Shown: one piece after another, positions 30,469 to 40,882 of the stretch
How positions within the stretch are numbered: the stretch's first letter is position 1
How the letters are laid out: each line of letters begins with the position of its first letter
Assembly: GCA_965198005.1 (NCBI GenBank)
Contig: CBDAOI010000004.1
Coordinates: forward strand, 1,120,001 to 1,184,000
Direction: 5' to 3'
Source of the DNA: Spirochaetia bacterium
GTDB taxonomy: Bacteria; Spirochaetota; Spirochaetia; SZUA-6; Bin103
Length of the DNA: 64,000 nucleotides
Made by a program: the position numbers and the translations under genes
The notes under the pieces: generated by a model
Seen by the model: the letters and a program-made list of their open reading frames with translations, nothing else
Told to the model about the DNA's origin: nothing
Databases searched by the model: none

Positions 30469-31381
30469 ATGAGCGAAGGGATACGGACGGCACGGACCGC
30501 GGCACGGGCGCCAAAGAGAAGCGCCGGGCTGGCCGGTTTCCTGGTCCGGCTGTGGCGCGAGAAGCCGCTGGGTACGGCCTGCAGCATCGTCGTCTTGCTG
30601 TTGCTGCTGATCGTGATCTTCGCGGACGTGCTGGCTCCGTTCAAGTACATGGAGATTCACCTGAGAGACCGGATGCAGGGATCATCCGCTCAGTATCTCC
30701 TCGGCACCGATCATCTGGGGCGCGACCTGTTGAGCCGCCTCATCCACGGGGCTCGGCTTTCCCTAGTGGTGGGTCTGGCCGCTACCACGCTCAACGTGGT
30801 GGTGGCGGTGCTGATCGGGGGCGCTACGGGATTCCTCGGTGGCAAACTGGACTTGGTGATGCAGCGGTTCGTGGATGCGTGGATGTCGTTCCCGGGACTG
30901 CTGCTGCTGTTGACGATCATGTCGCTGCTGGGGCGGGGGATGCTGCAGATCATCGTGGTGCTGGGCATATCGGGCGGCATCCCCGCCTCGCGCGTAATGC
31001 GGAGCGCCGTGATCGGCGTAAAGGAGAACGCCTACTTTCAGGCCGCGGCGGCGATCGGCTGCTCGAAGTGGCAGACCCTCGTCCGGCACGTGCTGCCCAA
31101 CATCGCGGCTCCGGCGATCATCATCTTCACCGTCAACATCGGTGGCGTGATCATCGCCGAGGCCTCGCTGAGCTTTCTGGGGTTCGGGCTTCCGCCCGAC
31201 GTTCCCAGTTGGGGAGGGATGCTCAGCCGCGAAGGCGCCGCGGCTGGCGCTGTGGCCCGGCCTGTGCCTGACGATCGTGGTCTACAGTCTGAACATGTTC
31301 GGCGACGCGGTGCGCGACCTGCTCGACCCGCGGCTGCGCGGCGGCGGGCGTCTCGGCGCCGATCACGGTGCGCCAGCGTAG
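30469..31381 (+). pseudogene. Solitary dppC-type permease, frameshifted by a short deletion at ~31238
   Basis: Full DppC motifs; the segment between SREG and LALWPG is lost. Confidence 0.85.
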
Positions 31382-31399
31382 AATAGCCCGCTGAACCCG

Positions 31400-31622
31400 C
31401 TGATCACGACGGCGGCTCCTCATTGCCGTTGACCGCACCTCCGGGACCAGCACGTTCGCCTGCGACACGGTGGTGTTGGCGGCTGGAATGCGGGCTGACA
31501 ACGCGCTCTACCGGTCTCTGGTGCAGGAGCTGTCCGACGTGCACCTGATCGGTGATGGCAAGGAACCACGCGGCATCCATGACCCGATCCTCGAGGGCTA
31601 CGTAGTGGGAAGTACGCTATGA
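31400..31622 (+). pseudogene. NADH:flavin oxidoreductase C-terminal fragment
   Basis: DTVVLAAGMRADNAL...IGDGKEPRGI.D.ILEG. Confidence 0.55.
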
Positions 31623-31906
31623 ACGGCGGTGCGATCAAGACTGCAGCTTGTGGCTCACCGGGAAACCGCGCTCGCAGCTTAATTCCGTTCGAGCCCATTT
31701 CTCGGGTGCGCAAAAAGCTGGGGGAACAGTCGCTACATCACGTAGGCGAATGAAACGGCGAGCACCACCACGGTAGTCTCGCCACGCGTAGGCTCGGTTT
31801 TGCAGCCGGTCACGTGGGAACAGGGCGATGGGCGCGCTGCCGGGCGGGGACCGTCCGCTACTACGGCTGCCCGGCCGAGGAACAGATCAGTGGAGCTTCG
31901 GCGCGC

Positions 31907-32006
31907 GCTCGATCGGGGTGTGGGGAATGTAGCGCGCCGCGTCGGTCCGCGCGGACTCCTAAACGGGAATCAGCCCGAGCCCATAGTGGATCGGAACCGC
32001 GACCAC
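31907..32006 (+). repeat. 100-bp direct repeat, copy 1
   Basis: Identical by eye to 34350-34449. Confidence 0.9.
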
Positions 32007-32103
32007 GGCACGAACACGTAGCGTTGCCCGGCGCTACGCGTCAGGAACTGCCCGGCCCGGCGCGGACTTTGTGCAGTGCCGGCGACGCGGGTAAGATGGG
32101 GCG

Positions 32104-33729
32104 ATGAGGCGACGCCGACTGCCGATCGGCATCCAGACCTTCCGCACCCTGCGCGAGCGGGACTGCTACTACGTGGACAAGACCGCCTACGTCGAGCGGT
32201 TGCTCGATGAAGGCACGCACTACTTTCTGTCGCGCCCGCGGCGGTTCGGCAAGAGCCTGTTTCTGGACACACTGAAGGAGCTGTTCGAAGGCAGCGAGGA
32301 GCTGTTCGAAGGGCTGCGCATTCACGCGGGCCACGACTGGTCGGAGCGGCATCCGGTGGTGCGGCTGAGCTTTGGCGGGAGCAGCTTCACGGAGCCCGAG
32401 CATTTGCACGCGAACGTGATGGCGCAGTTGGACGGGGTAGCGGAACAACATGGCGTGAGCGCGCGCTACACCACCGGGCCAGAGCGGTTCGCGCATCTGC
32501 TCAGGACCCTGCATGCGCGAGCTGGGCGGCGGGTGGTGGTGCTGGTGGACGAGTACGACAAGCCGATCCTGGACGCACTGGAGAGGCCGGAGGTGGCGCG
32601 CGCCAACCGCGACTACCTGCGCGGACTGTACGGGGTGATCAAGGACAGCGACGCGCACGTGCGGTTCGCGTTTCTGACCGGCATCACCAAATTCTCGAAG
32701 GCAAACCTGTTCTCGCAGTTGAACAACCTCACCGACATCACGCTGGATCCGGTCTACTCGACAATCTGCGGCTACACGGAGGGCGATCTGGACGCGGTGT
32801 TCGCCCCGGAGCTGGCCGGCCTGGACCGGGAGCGGGTGCGGGAATGGTACAACGGCTACAGTTGGCTGGGCGCGGAGAAGGTGTACAACCCGTACGATGT
32901 GCTGCTGCTGCTGCGCCGCCGCAAGTTCGCCGCCCACTGGTTCGAGACCGGGACGCCGGCGTTCCTGGTGGACACGCTGTTCGAACGGCAGGTCGCGTCG
33001 GTATCACTGGACCAGACGGTGAGCACGGAGGCGTTGCTGTCGGCGTTCGACGTGGGCGGCCGCTCCGCCGCTGAGCACATCGGCACCGAGGCGCTGCTGT
33101 TCCAGACCGGCTACCTGACGATCACGGGGGAGGAGGAGCTGGGAGGCAAGGCGCTGTACCGGCTGGGCTATCCGAACCGGGAGGTGCGGCAGAGCCTGAA
33201 TGAGTGTCTACTGCAGCATCTGGTGCAGGACGTGCAGCAACAGACGGCCAACAGCACGCGCCTGGCGCGCCTGCTGGAAGCCCACGACTGCGCGGGCCTG
33301 AAGGAGCTGTTCCACGCCTTCTTCGCCAGCATCCCGTACCAGTGGTACACGAACAACCGGATCGCCGACTACGAGGGCTTCTACGCGAGCGTGTTCTACT
33401 CCTACTTCGCGGCGTTGGGGTACGAGATCGCGGTGGAGGAATCGAGCAGCCACGGCCGGCTGGACATGGTGGTGAGGACTGGCGGGCACGTGTACCTGTT
33501 CGAGTTCAAGGTGGTGGAGATGGCGTCGCCGGGATCGGCCCTGGCGCAGTTGCGGGAGCGGGACTACGCAGCGAAGTACCGCGGCGGCGGCGAGCGGACA
33601 CCGCTGGGGAGCACCCGATCCGGTGGCGGGCCAACCGCTCCTGGTGGGGGGCAGCGGATCCATTTGATCGGGGTGGAGTTCAGCCGCGAGACGCGCAACG
33701 TGACGGCGTTCGAGGTGGCCGACGGCTGA
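32104..33729 (+). CDS. AAA-ATPase-like + PD-(D/E)XK nuclease protein
   Basis: LPIGIQTF, YVDKT, SRPRRFGKSL, VDEYDKP, WYNGY, EESSSHGRLDM..FEFK. Confidence 0.9.
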   Translation: MRRRRLPIGIQTFRTLRERDCYYVDKTAYVERLLDEGTHYFLSRPRRFGKSLFLDTLKELFEGSEELFEGLRIHAGHDWSERHPVVRLSFGGSSFTEPEHLHANVMAQLDGVAEQHGVSARYTTGPERFAHLLRTLHARAGRRVVVLVDEYDKPILDALERPEVARANRDYLRGLYGVIKDSDAHVRFAFLTGITKFSKANLFSQLNNLTDITLDPVYSTICGYTEGDLDAVFAPELAGLDRERVREWYNGYSWLGAEKVYNPYDVLLLLRRRKFAAHWFETGTPAFLVDTLFERQVASVSLDQTVSTEALLSAFDVGGRSAAEHIGTEALLFQTGYLTITGEEELGGKALYRLGYPNREVRQSLNECLLQHLVQDVQQQTANSTRLARLLEAHDCAGLKELFHAFFASIPYQWYTNNRIADYEGFYASVFYSYFAALGYEIAVEESSSHGRLDMVVRTGGHVYLFEFKVVEMASPGSALAQLRERDYAAKYRGGGERTPLGSTRSGGGPTAPGGGQRIHLIGVEFSRETRNVTAFEVADG

Positions 33730-33769
33730 CGCCGGCTGGCGGTGGCGCGTCGTGACGGGTCATGACGTG

Positions 33770-34349
33770 CCGGTCGCGCCAGAAGTACAGCGGCGGCTGC
33801 AGCCGGTGATGACGAGATGGCAGGCGAGCCCGGTGTCGACCAGGTAGAGCTTCGGACTCTTCACCAGCCGCTTGTTGAAGTTGCGATGGTAGGGGCGGAG
33901 CAACCGTTCGAAGGTTTCCAGGTCACCGACGTTGAGCAGGGCCCGCACGTCGCGGGCGAGGTAGGTCTGAACGTAGTCGGGTAGCCAGATTTCGGGAGGG
34001 ATGGCCCGATCGTGGATGCGCGGGTAGAAACCGGTGCGCACGGTGGACCAGAGATCGAGTTGCGTGGCGCGGTTGGAGAACAACGCACCGGGCTGGCCGG
34101 GAGCGGCGTGCGGTTGCGACTCCAACTCCGCGCGTGACAGGGGCAACAGATGGAGGATTCCGGTTCGCCCCGCCAGAGTCTGCGATATTCTGTCCATCAG
34201 TAGGAGATTCTGAGATCCGGTTAGCACGTAGGTTCCCGCGTGGTCCGGGTGATCGACCGCAACCTGGATCGCGGAGAGGATGTCCGGGACCCGCTGGACC
34301 TCGTCGATGATGACCGGTGGACGGTAGCGGGACAGAAAGCCGTGGGGAT
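33770..34349 (-). pseudogene. Partial duplicate of the AAA_14/DUF4143 gene
   Basis: Near-identical to 25491-26164 with an extra ~95 bp deletion. Confidence 0.9.
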
Positions 34350-34449
34350 GCTCGATCGGGGTGTGGGGAATGTAGCGCGCCGCGTCGGTCCGCGCGGACT
34401 CCTAAACGGGAATCAGCCCGAGCCCATAGTGGATCGGAACCGCGACCAC
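34350..34449 (+). repeat. 100-bp direct repeat, copy 2
   Basis: Identical by eye to 31907-32006. Confidence 0.9.
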
Positions 34450-34491
34450 TGGGTAGCAGCGTTTCGTCGGAAACCGCTCGGCCAGTCGCTC

Positions 34492-34545
34492 GACCTGCTG
34501 GACCCGCGGCTGCGCGGCGCCGGCGGCCGCTACGGGGGCGGGCGC
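34492..34545 (+). pseudogene. dppC 3' tail fragment
   Basis: DLLDPRLRGAGGR. Confidence 0.7.
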
Positions 34546-34593
34546 CGCCCACGCCGCACGCGGCTGACCCGCCCAGCCAGCCTGTCTATTGGA

Positions 34594-34712
34594 TTGACGC
34601 CCGCTCTCGCGGCGGGATACAATCAGATCCATGTCGACGAAATCAGACAGCCGGTCCCGGGCGAAAAGCGCTCGCGAACGCCGGATATCTGCAACGGAGG
34701 CGAGCCGCTCGT
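34594..34712 (+). promoter_or_regulatory. Candidate sigma70 promoter followed by a truncated Phd-like antitoxin start
   Basis: TTGACG-18-TACAAT, then MSTKSD...RRISATEASRS. Confidence 0.45.
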
Positions 34713-35014
34713 GGTTGGGCAGATCGATGCGCAACTGAGCGCGGCGGTTAGCGGCAACGTAACCGGCGTGTCCTACCCTTGCGCGGCGGGGGTTGACAAA
34801 TGGTGGGCCCCCCAGACTGTCTCTTCAGGCCATCGACTGCCGTTCACCGAGAATTGCTGGGGCGATTCGTGGTTGAAATCCACGGGAGCGGAGGTTATTC
34901 CAGGGTGGGATCCAGTCAATCGCGACATCGCGACTACATCTGGGTCTGGGTATAGCCGTGCCTCACCTGCGGAGGGCTTGAGTGACCTAACGTAGGGGTC
35001 TGGAAGCTCTATGT

Positions 35015-35728
35015 TTACTTCGCTATCCCCGTATCAATCTCGAACCACTTCCTTGCTTGACCTCCCACGAATCTCGTAAGCCAGTAATTCGCTGTCCCGC
35101 TAATGACGACCCCTACCCCGAATGGGATGGTCTTCTCAAGCGCCTTCCTCGTGAAGGTTACGCCGACTTTCTTGAATGCCTGCTTCACCGCCTGTATTGC
35201 TGCTCCCTGCAGGTACTGGCGCAACATCTTCACACCGGCCTTCGATCCTACTCGCACTGTACCTTCGACTCCTGCATGTCCAACAGCGCCGGTAGCCGCG
35301 ATCAGATATACCATATGCCGATTGTCTTCGGACGAAATATCATATCCGAAGACAGCCGCGAGACACATGCACATATTGACTTGGAGTTTCATACACGCCG
35401 CGGTATCCGCCAAGCCACCAGCAAGAGTCGCCAGCGCAGTCCCGATCCCGGGAACGACACCTGCGAGCGCTGTTGCGCTACCAAAAGACGCGGCGAGCCG
35501 ACTATATCGACGAATAATCCTGTCGGCGGCACGACGACGATCTCTTGGCATTGGTTCGTCAGGGGCCCCAGACCGGCCAGTGCCGTGCCCGTCCTTGCCA
35601 ACGCCACTCTTTATGAGGTACTGGTCAGCAAGCCGCTGAGCATCCGCTGGTGAGATCGCTATCGATTCTACGGCTCGTAGCAGACGTGAGTCTCGGTCGT
35701 CCGCGCCTTCGCTGCTGTTCGTATTCAC
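35015..35728 (-). CDS. EcsC-like protein
   Basis: IIRRYS..AA..G...G.VPGIGT, Q..M...LAAVFGYD, KTIPFGVG; lower GC than flanks. Confidence 0.6.
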   Translation of the reverse strand: MNTNSSEGADDRDSRLLRAVESIAISPADAQRLADQYLIKSGVGKDGHGTGRSGAPDEPMPRDRRRAADRIIRRYSRLAASFGSATALAGVVPGIGTALATLAGGLADTAACMKLQVNMCMCLAAVFGYDISSEDNRHMVYLIAATGAVGHAGVEGTVRVGSKAGVKMLRQYLQGAAIQAVKQAFKKVGVTFTRKALEKTIPFGVGVVISGTANYWLTRFVGGQARKWFEIDTGIAK

Positions 35729-35909
35729 TTGTTTATCTGCCTTGTCTGTAGCCGTGGGATTGTCAGTGCGCGTGTACCCAGACGGGCCGTAAGTATGCAG
35801 GCTCTCACGTTTACATGCTTCTTGTCGTGTTCCGGCATGGGTCGTGCATTATACCAGATCGCCCAAGTGCCATGTCAGGGACCGAAACTTCGAGCACCGT
35901 GTTTTAAGG

Positions 35910-36225
35910 CTACTGCGAGTAGGGGTCGGCGGCGTCGCGCAGGCCGTCGCCGACGAAGTTGAAGGCCAGCACGGTGACCACGATCGCCACCCCGGGCAGG
36001 AACAGCCACGGCGCCAGCGCCACCGCGCGGATGTTCTGCACCCCGGTCAGCAGCACACCGCAGCTTGTCACCGGTTCGCGCAGCCCCAGGCCGAGGAAGC
36101 TGAGGCTGGTCTCGGCCAGGATCATCTCCGGCACGCGCAGCGTGAGCACGGCGATCAGGTGGCTGCTGAACGACGGCACCATGTGCCGGACGATGATGCG
36201 CATCTCGCTGGCGCCCAGGTACTTG
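35910..36225 (-). pseudogene. OppC/DppC-type permease 3' fragment (different subfamily)
   Basis: RHMVPSF, ILAETSLSFLGLGLR, FNFVGDGLRDAADPY. Confidence 0.8.
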
Positions 36226-36398
36226 AGCCGCTTGACCCGACGCACAGGCGGTGAACTCCGTGCGCCGCATCTCAGGCAGAATCAGGTGACACCTCTGGCA
36301 GCTCGGACGCCGGCGACCTGCGCTGCCGGCAAGCCGGCCCCGCCACGCCTGCTCCACGCCTTGAAAGCGCCAGCGAACCACGCCCCGTGGAACAGGGT

Positions 36399-37368
36399 AT
36401 GGCTGGCGAGATCTCGAAGCCCCACGATCACCTGTTCCGTTCCGTGTTCCGTGACGAGTCCGAAGCAGCCGCCCTGCTGCGCGCCCACCTGCCGGAGCCG
36501 GTCGCCGGCGCCGTGCGGTGGTCCAGCCTCGCGCGCCAGGACGTCACCTTCATCGACGACCGCCTGCGCGACAGCGAGTCGGACCTCCTGTTCGCCGTCC
36601 GGCGCAAGACCGACGGCGCACCCGCCTGGCTGTACGTGTTGCTGGAGCACCAGTCGAAGCCGGACCCCTGGCTGCGGCTGCGGCTGCTGAAGTACAGCGT
36701 CAGGATCTGGGAACGCGATTCGCAGGCGGCACCCCAACGACAAGCTCCTGCGCCCGATCGTGCCGCTGGTGTTGTATCAGGGCCGCTACCGCTGGCGCGA
36801 GCCGGCGGAGTTCTCCGCACTGTTTACCGAGCCAGTGCGCGCCTGGCCCGGTGTGCCGCGTTACGCGCATCTGTTGATCGACCAGACCGGGGTGGCGCCC
36901 GAGCAATTGCGCGGCGACCTGCACGGTCGCAGCGCGCAACATGCGCTGCTGGCGGCGTACCGGAAGAGTTGGCCGATCCTGCAACGGTTGGTGCCGCTGC
37001 TGGCAGAATTAGGGCGGGCGGGGAGAGACGAGGACGTGCGGCAGATCGTAGTGTACATTGCGACCACGACGCGGGAGGCGAAGCGCTGGCAGCGATTCGC
37101 GGACGCGGTACGGCGGCAGGTGCCGGGAGGTGAAGAACTGATGAACGAGGCGACGGTGGAGATGCTCCACATCTACGGCGAGGTCAAAGAACAGGAGGCC
37201 ATTCGGAAGGGCGAGTTGAGGGGGAAGGTACAAGTCATCGAGGGACTCCTGAACCGCGATGTCCCGTGGTCCACGATCGAAGCGGCTACCGGAATCGACC
37301 AGGCCAGGTTCCGGCAGCTCAAGCAGCAACTGGAGGCCGCCCCCGACGGCCTCAGCCCCTCCAACTGA
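36399..37368 (+). pseudogene. Rpn/YhgA-like PD-(D/E)XK nuclease, frameshift near 36725
   Basis: PHDHLFRSVF, ESDLLF, YVLLEHQS, PLVLYQG; two overlapping ORFs. Confidence 0.85.
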
Positions 37369-37444
37369 GCCCTCCGCTCCTGGTCCGGTTCTCGATCAAT
37401 CCATCGCGGTGCGCCGGAACGCTCGTTGCAGGTCGAGCGACACG

Positions 37445-37792
37445 TTACGCAGCAGAACCCGGTTCAGGCTTTGGCGCACCTCCCGGTTGGGATAGCCGAG
37501 CCGATACAGCGCCTCGTCGCCGAGCCGCTCTTCCCCGGTGATGGTCAAGTAGCCGGTCTGGAACAGCAACGCCTCGGTGCCGATGTGCTCAGCGGCGGAG
37601 CGGCCGCCGACGTCGAACGCCGACAGCAGGGCTCCGGTGCTCACCATCTCGTCCAGTGACACCGACGAGACCCGTCGCTCAAACAGAGTGTCCACCAGAA
37701 ACGCCGGCGTGCCAGTCTCGAACCAGTGCGCTTCGAACTCGCCGCGGCGCAGCAGCAACAGCAGGTCGTACGGGTTGTACACCTTCTCCGGG
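37445..37792 (-). pseudogene. Internal fragment of an AAA/PD-(D/E)XK paralog
   Basis: EKVYNPYD..HWFETGTP..LGYPNREVRQSLN, similar to 32875-33200. Confidence 0.85.
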
Positions 37793-38528
37793 CCGCGCCA
37801 GCGCCGGCCTGGAGGAACGCGCCGGCATGATCCGCCGCCTCGGCGACAAGCTGCGCGCCCTGCTGGACTCCGACGCGTTGAACGGAATCGAGGCGGACCT
37901 GCAGGCACTCACCGAGGCCGAAGGTCTGGCGATGCGGGCGGGGCCGCGTCCGCGCCTGGAGGACGGCCTGCTCGCACTCCTGCGCCAAGCCGGCGCCTCA
38001 CCGAGATGTGCACCCGCCTCGCCACCCACCATGGAGCGGCGTAGGCGTCGGCGGGCAGCGGGCCGCGCAGCACCGCCGCATCGTCACCGCAAACGGGACT
38101 CCCTCACCGCGCCCTTGGGCTCGCATCGCAACAACACAGCGGGATTGCCCGTCGACCAGATCGTGGTATTCCCGTTTACCAAACTGTGTGCGCCAACAAT
38201 CACGATGAGGCCGCCGGGTGATCTGATTACCGTTGACGAAACCTCATGGATACTGTTCCCGATCACTCGTCTCATTCTACGAGCGAAAGCTTCGTTACTG
38301 ACCATTCGGTAAGCAGTTCCGGTGCATGACCAGTAGGCTTCCGTAGGTCTTTGCGGCTGCTAGTGCTAGTCCATTCTTGCTTCCACGGCTCGGCTTGCGG
38401 ACAGACCCGTTGCACACTGCCTTGAATCCGGCGAGGCGGTCTCCGCGCTGTGGGCGGGCGACTGCTCGCCGCCGTGGCCGCTCTCTGGTGAAGCCATACG
38501 CCTGCTCCTCGCCCGCGCCTACACCGTC

Positions 38529-38975
38529 TCAGTTCCCGGTGGACTTGGTGGGACTTGGTGGGGTACTGAGAAACGGGTTCTCGATGGTCAGACTCTCGAT
38601 CTTCTGGCCGTGCTGCAGATCCTCACTGAGGAGCCGAGTGCAACCTGCCTCCAGCGCCGCCGCGATGATCAACGCGTCGTAGAATCCGTATTGGTACCGG
38701 GACTGAATGTCGAGCCCGCGCCGGTACAACTCGACGCTGGGCGTGATGGACCAGAGCGGCAGGAGCACGGTGTTCAGAAAACGGCCCGCGTGGTCCGCGG
38801 TCACCGGCGTGGGAATCTTGCGGGTGATGACGTTCAGTGTCTCCTGGACAACCTGGAAGCTGATCGCCCAACTGCCATTCAGCGCCAATCGAACGATCTC
38901 CCGTGCTCGGTTCCGTTTCAACCGATCGGTCTCGTCGAACAGGTAGACGAATACGTTCGTGTCAATGAAACTCAT
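38529..38975 (-). CDS. vapC: PIN-domain toxin
   Basis: FIDTNVFVY, ISFQVVQE, FYDALIIAAAL.AGC..LLSEDLQHGQ. Confidence 0.9.
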   Translation of the reverse strand: MSFIDTNVFVYLFDETDRLKRNRAREIVRLALNGSWAISFQVVQETLNVITRKIPTPVTADHAGRFLNTVLLPLWSITPSVELYRRGLDIQSRYQYGFYDALIIAAALEAGCTRLLSEDLQHGQKIESLTIENPFLSTPPSPTKSTGN

Positions 38976-39196
38976 CGGTCGTTCATTGCATCGCGGCTGA
39001 AGGTCCGACCGCCGGTGCGTGCGTAGCGGCTGAGGTCATCGATCAGCGCAATCGCATCGGCTGCCTGACGATCGCGCCGCGCGTAGCTGGTCAGCCAGCG
39101 GCGAAACGCGTCGTTCAACGTCGTATGCTCGGCGCGGGCTCGCGTGCGAGCGGCCTCGATCAACGCTTCGTCGGCGTTTAGTGTGATGTTTTTCAT
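38972..39196 (-). CDS. RHH-type antitoxin
   Basis: MKNITLNADEALIEAAR.RA...TTLN..FR.WL; overlaps the PIN gene. Confidence 0.8.
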   Translation of the reverse strand: MKNITLNADEALIEAARTRARAEHTTLNDAFRRWLTSYARRDRQAADAIALIDDLSRYARTGGRTFSRDAMNDR

Positions 39197-39241
39197 GGAT
39201 CAAGGGTACACGAAACTCGTGCGCACGACAACCGGGTTAGG

Positions 39242-40882
39242 TCAGGTTGCCGGTTGCTGCGGCCAGACCAGGACCGGGCGGCGGGCGGCGGTGACCTCGT
39301 CGAGCCGGCCGAGGGGGGTGGAGTGGGGCGCCTCGCGCACCAGCTCGGGGGTGGCGGCGGCCTCGTGCAGGATGGCGCGCAGCGCGGCGACGAAGTGGTC
39401 GAGGGTGGCCTTGGACTCGGTTTCGGTGGGTTCGACCATCAGCGCTTCCGGCACGGTGAGGGGGAAGTAGATGGTCGGCGGGTGGATGCCGTAGTCGATC
39501 AGCCGCTTGGCGAGGTCGAGGGTGCGCACCTGGTGCTCTGCCGCCTGCCGCCGGGCGCTGAACACCACTTCGTGCTTGCAGGTGCGCGGGAAGGGCACCT
39601 CCAGCACCTCCTGCAGGCGCACGCGCAGGTAGTTGGCGTTGACCACCGCCAGGCGGCTGACCTCGGCGAGGCCGTCGCCGCCGAGCGATCGGAGGTAGGC
39701 GTACCCGCGCACGGCGTTGTTGACGTTGCCGTGGAAGGCGCGCACGCGGCCGATCGAGTGCGGGCGGTCGTAGTCGTAGCGGAAGCCGTCGCCGCGGCGG
39801 CACAGCACCGGTTCCGGCAGGAACGGGGCCAGCTCGGCGGTGACCGCGATCGCCCCGGCGCCGGGGCCGCCGCCGCCGTGCGGGACGCTGAAGGTCTTGT
39901 GCAGGTTGAAGTGCAGGATGTCCATCCCCAGGTCGCCGGGGCGGGCGGCGCCGAGCATGGCGTTCATGTTGGCGCCGTCCATGTAGATCAGGGCGCCGGC
40001 CGCGTGCACTGCGGCGGCGATCTCCAGGATGCGTTCCTCGAACAGCCCGAGCGTGTTGGGGTTGGTGATCATCAGGCCGGCCACCTCGCCGTCCAGCGCC
40101 TCCTGCAGGGCGGCGAAGTCGAGGTTGCCGTCGGCGCCGGTGGGCACCGTGCGCGTGCGGTAGCCGACCATGGCGACGGTGGCGGGGTTGGTGCCGTGGG
40201 CGGAGTCGGGCACCAGCATCGTGCTGCGGCGGCGGCCGGCGGCCGCATGGCAGGCGCGGATCATCAGCGCCCCGGTCAACTCGCCGTGGGCGCCCGCGGC
40301 GGGATGGAGCGACACCGCCGGCAGTCCCGCAATCTCGCCCAGCCACTCCTGCAGCTCGCCGAGCAGGCGCAGCATGCCGGGTAGGGTGGCTTGGTCCTGG
40401 TAGGGGTGGATCAGGGCCAGCCCCGGCAGGTCGGCGACGCGGTCGTTGATCTTGGGGTTGTACTTCATGGTGCACGAGCCGAGCGGATAGAACCCCTGGT
40501 CGATCGAGAAGTTGCGCCGCGAGGTGTTGGTGAAGTGGCGCACCACCTCCGGCTCCGACAGCTCCGGCAGCGGCAACTCGGCGCGCAGCAGCGCGGCCGG
40601 CAGCGGCGCGGCGCGCGGCACGTCGAGGGCGGCAAGCTGCACCCCCCGGCGGCCGGGGACCGACTGCTCGAACAAGAGCGGCTGGTCCGGCAGCAGTCCG
40701 GCCCCGGGCTGCGCGGCGACCGCCGGCGCGCCGGGCGCGGGCGCCGTCCGGGGTTCGCGGGTACCGGCAGGAGCGGGCGCGCCGCCGCTGCTGGACGCGG
40801 GCGCCGTGGGGCGTGGTGGGCCGGCTCCGGCTGGGGCGGGCATCCCGCCGCCGCTGCCGCCGGCAGAGGGCCGGACAGTCAC
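39242..40882 (-). CDS. gcvPB: Glycine dehydrogenase subunit 2
   Basis: YPLGSCTMKYNP, PDSAHGTNPA, NLHKTFSVPHGGGGPG, EPTETESK. Confidence 0.95.
   Translation of the reverse strand: MTVRPSAGGSGGGMPAPAGAGPPRPTAPASSSGGAPAPAGTREPRTAPAPGAPAVAAQPGAGLLPDQPLLFEQSVPGRRGVQLAALDVPRAAPLPAALLRAELPLPELSEPEVVRHFTNTSRRNFSIDQGFYPLGSCTMKYNPKINDRVADLPGLALIHPYQDQATLPGMLRLLGELQEWLGEIAGLPAVSLHPAAGAHGELTGALMIRACHAAAGRRRSTMLVPDSAHGTNPATVAMVGYRTRTVPTGADGNLDFAALQEALDGEVAGLMITNPNTLGLFEERILEIAAAVHAAGALIYMDGANMNAMLGAARPGDLGMDILHFNLHKTFSVPHGGGGPGAGAIAVTAELAPFLPEPVLCRRGDGFRYDYDRPHSIGRVRAFHGNVNNAVRGYAYLRSLGGDGLAEVSRLAVVNANYLRVRLQEVLEVPFPRTCKHEVVFSARRQAAEHQVRTLDLAKRLIDYGIHPPTIYFPLTVPEALMVEPTETESKATLDHFVAALRAILHEAAATPELVREAPHSTPLGRLDEVTAARRPVLVWPQQPAT

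Noticed and set aside
31910-31940. Minus-strand RYIPHTP resembling the gcvPA start
   Set aside because: Too short to separate from chance.
34790-34820. ttgacaaatggtggg as an IS110 right end or promoter
   Set aside because: No adjacent transposase sequence or clear -10; unsupported without a search.
37800-38330. Small ORF pieces between the AAA fragment and the PIN gene
   Set aside because: Probably further remnants, but no family could be recognised.
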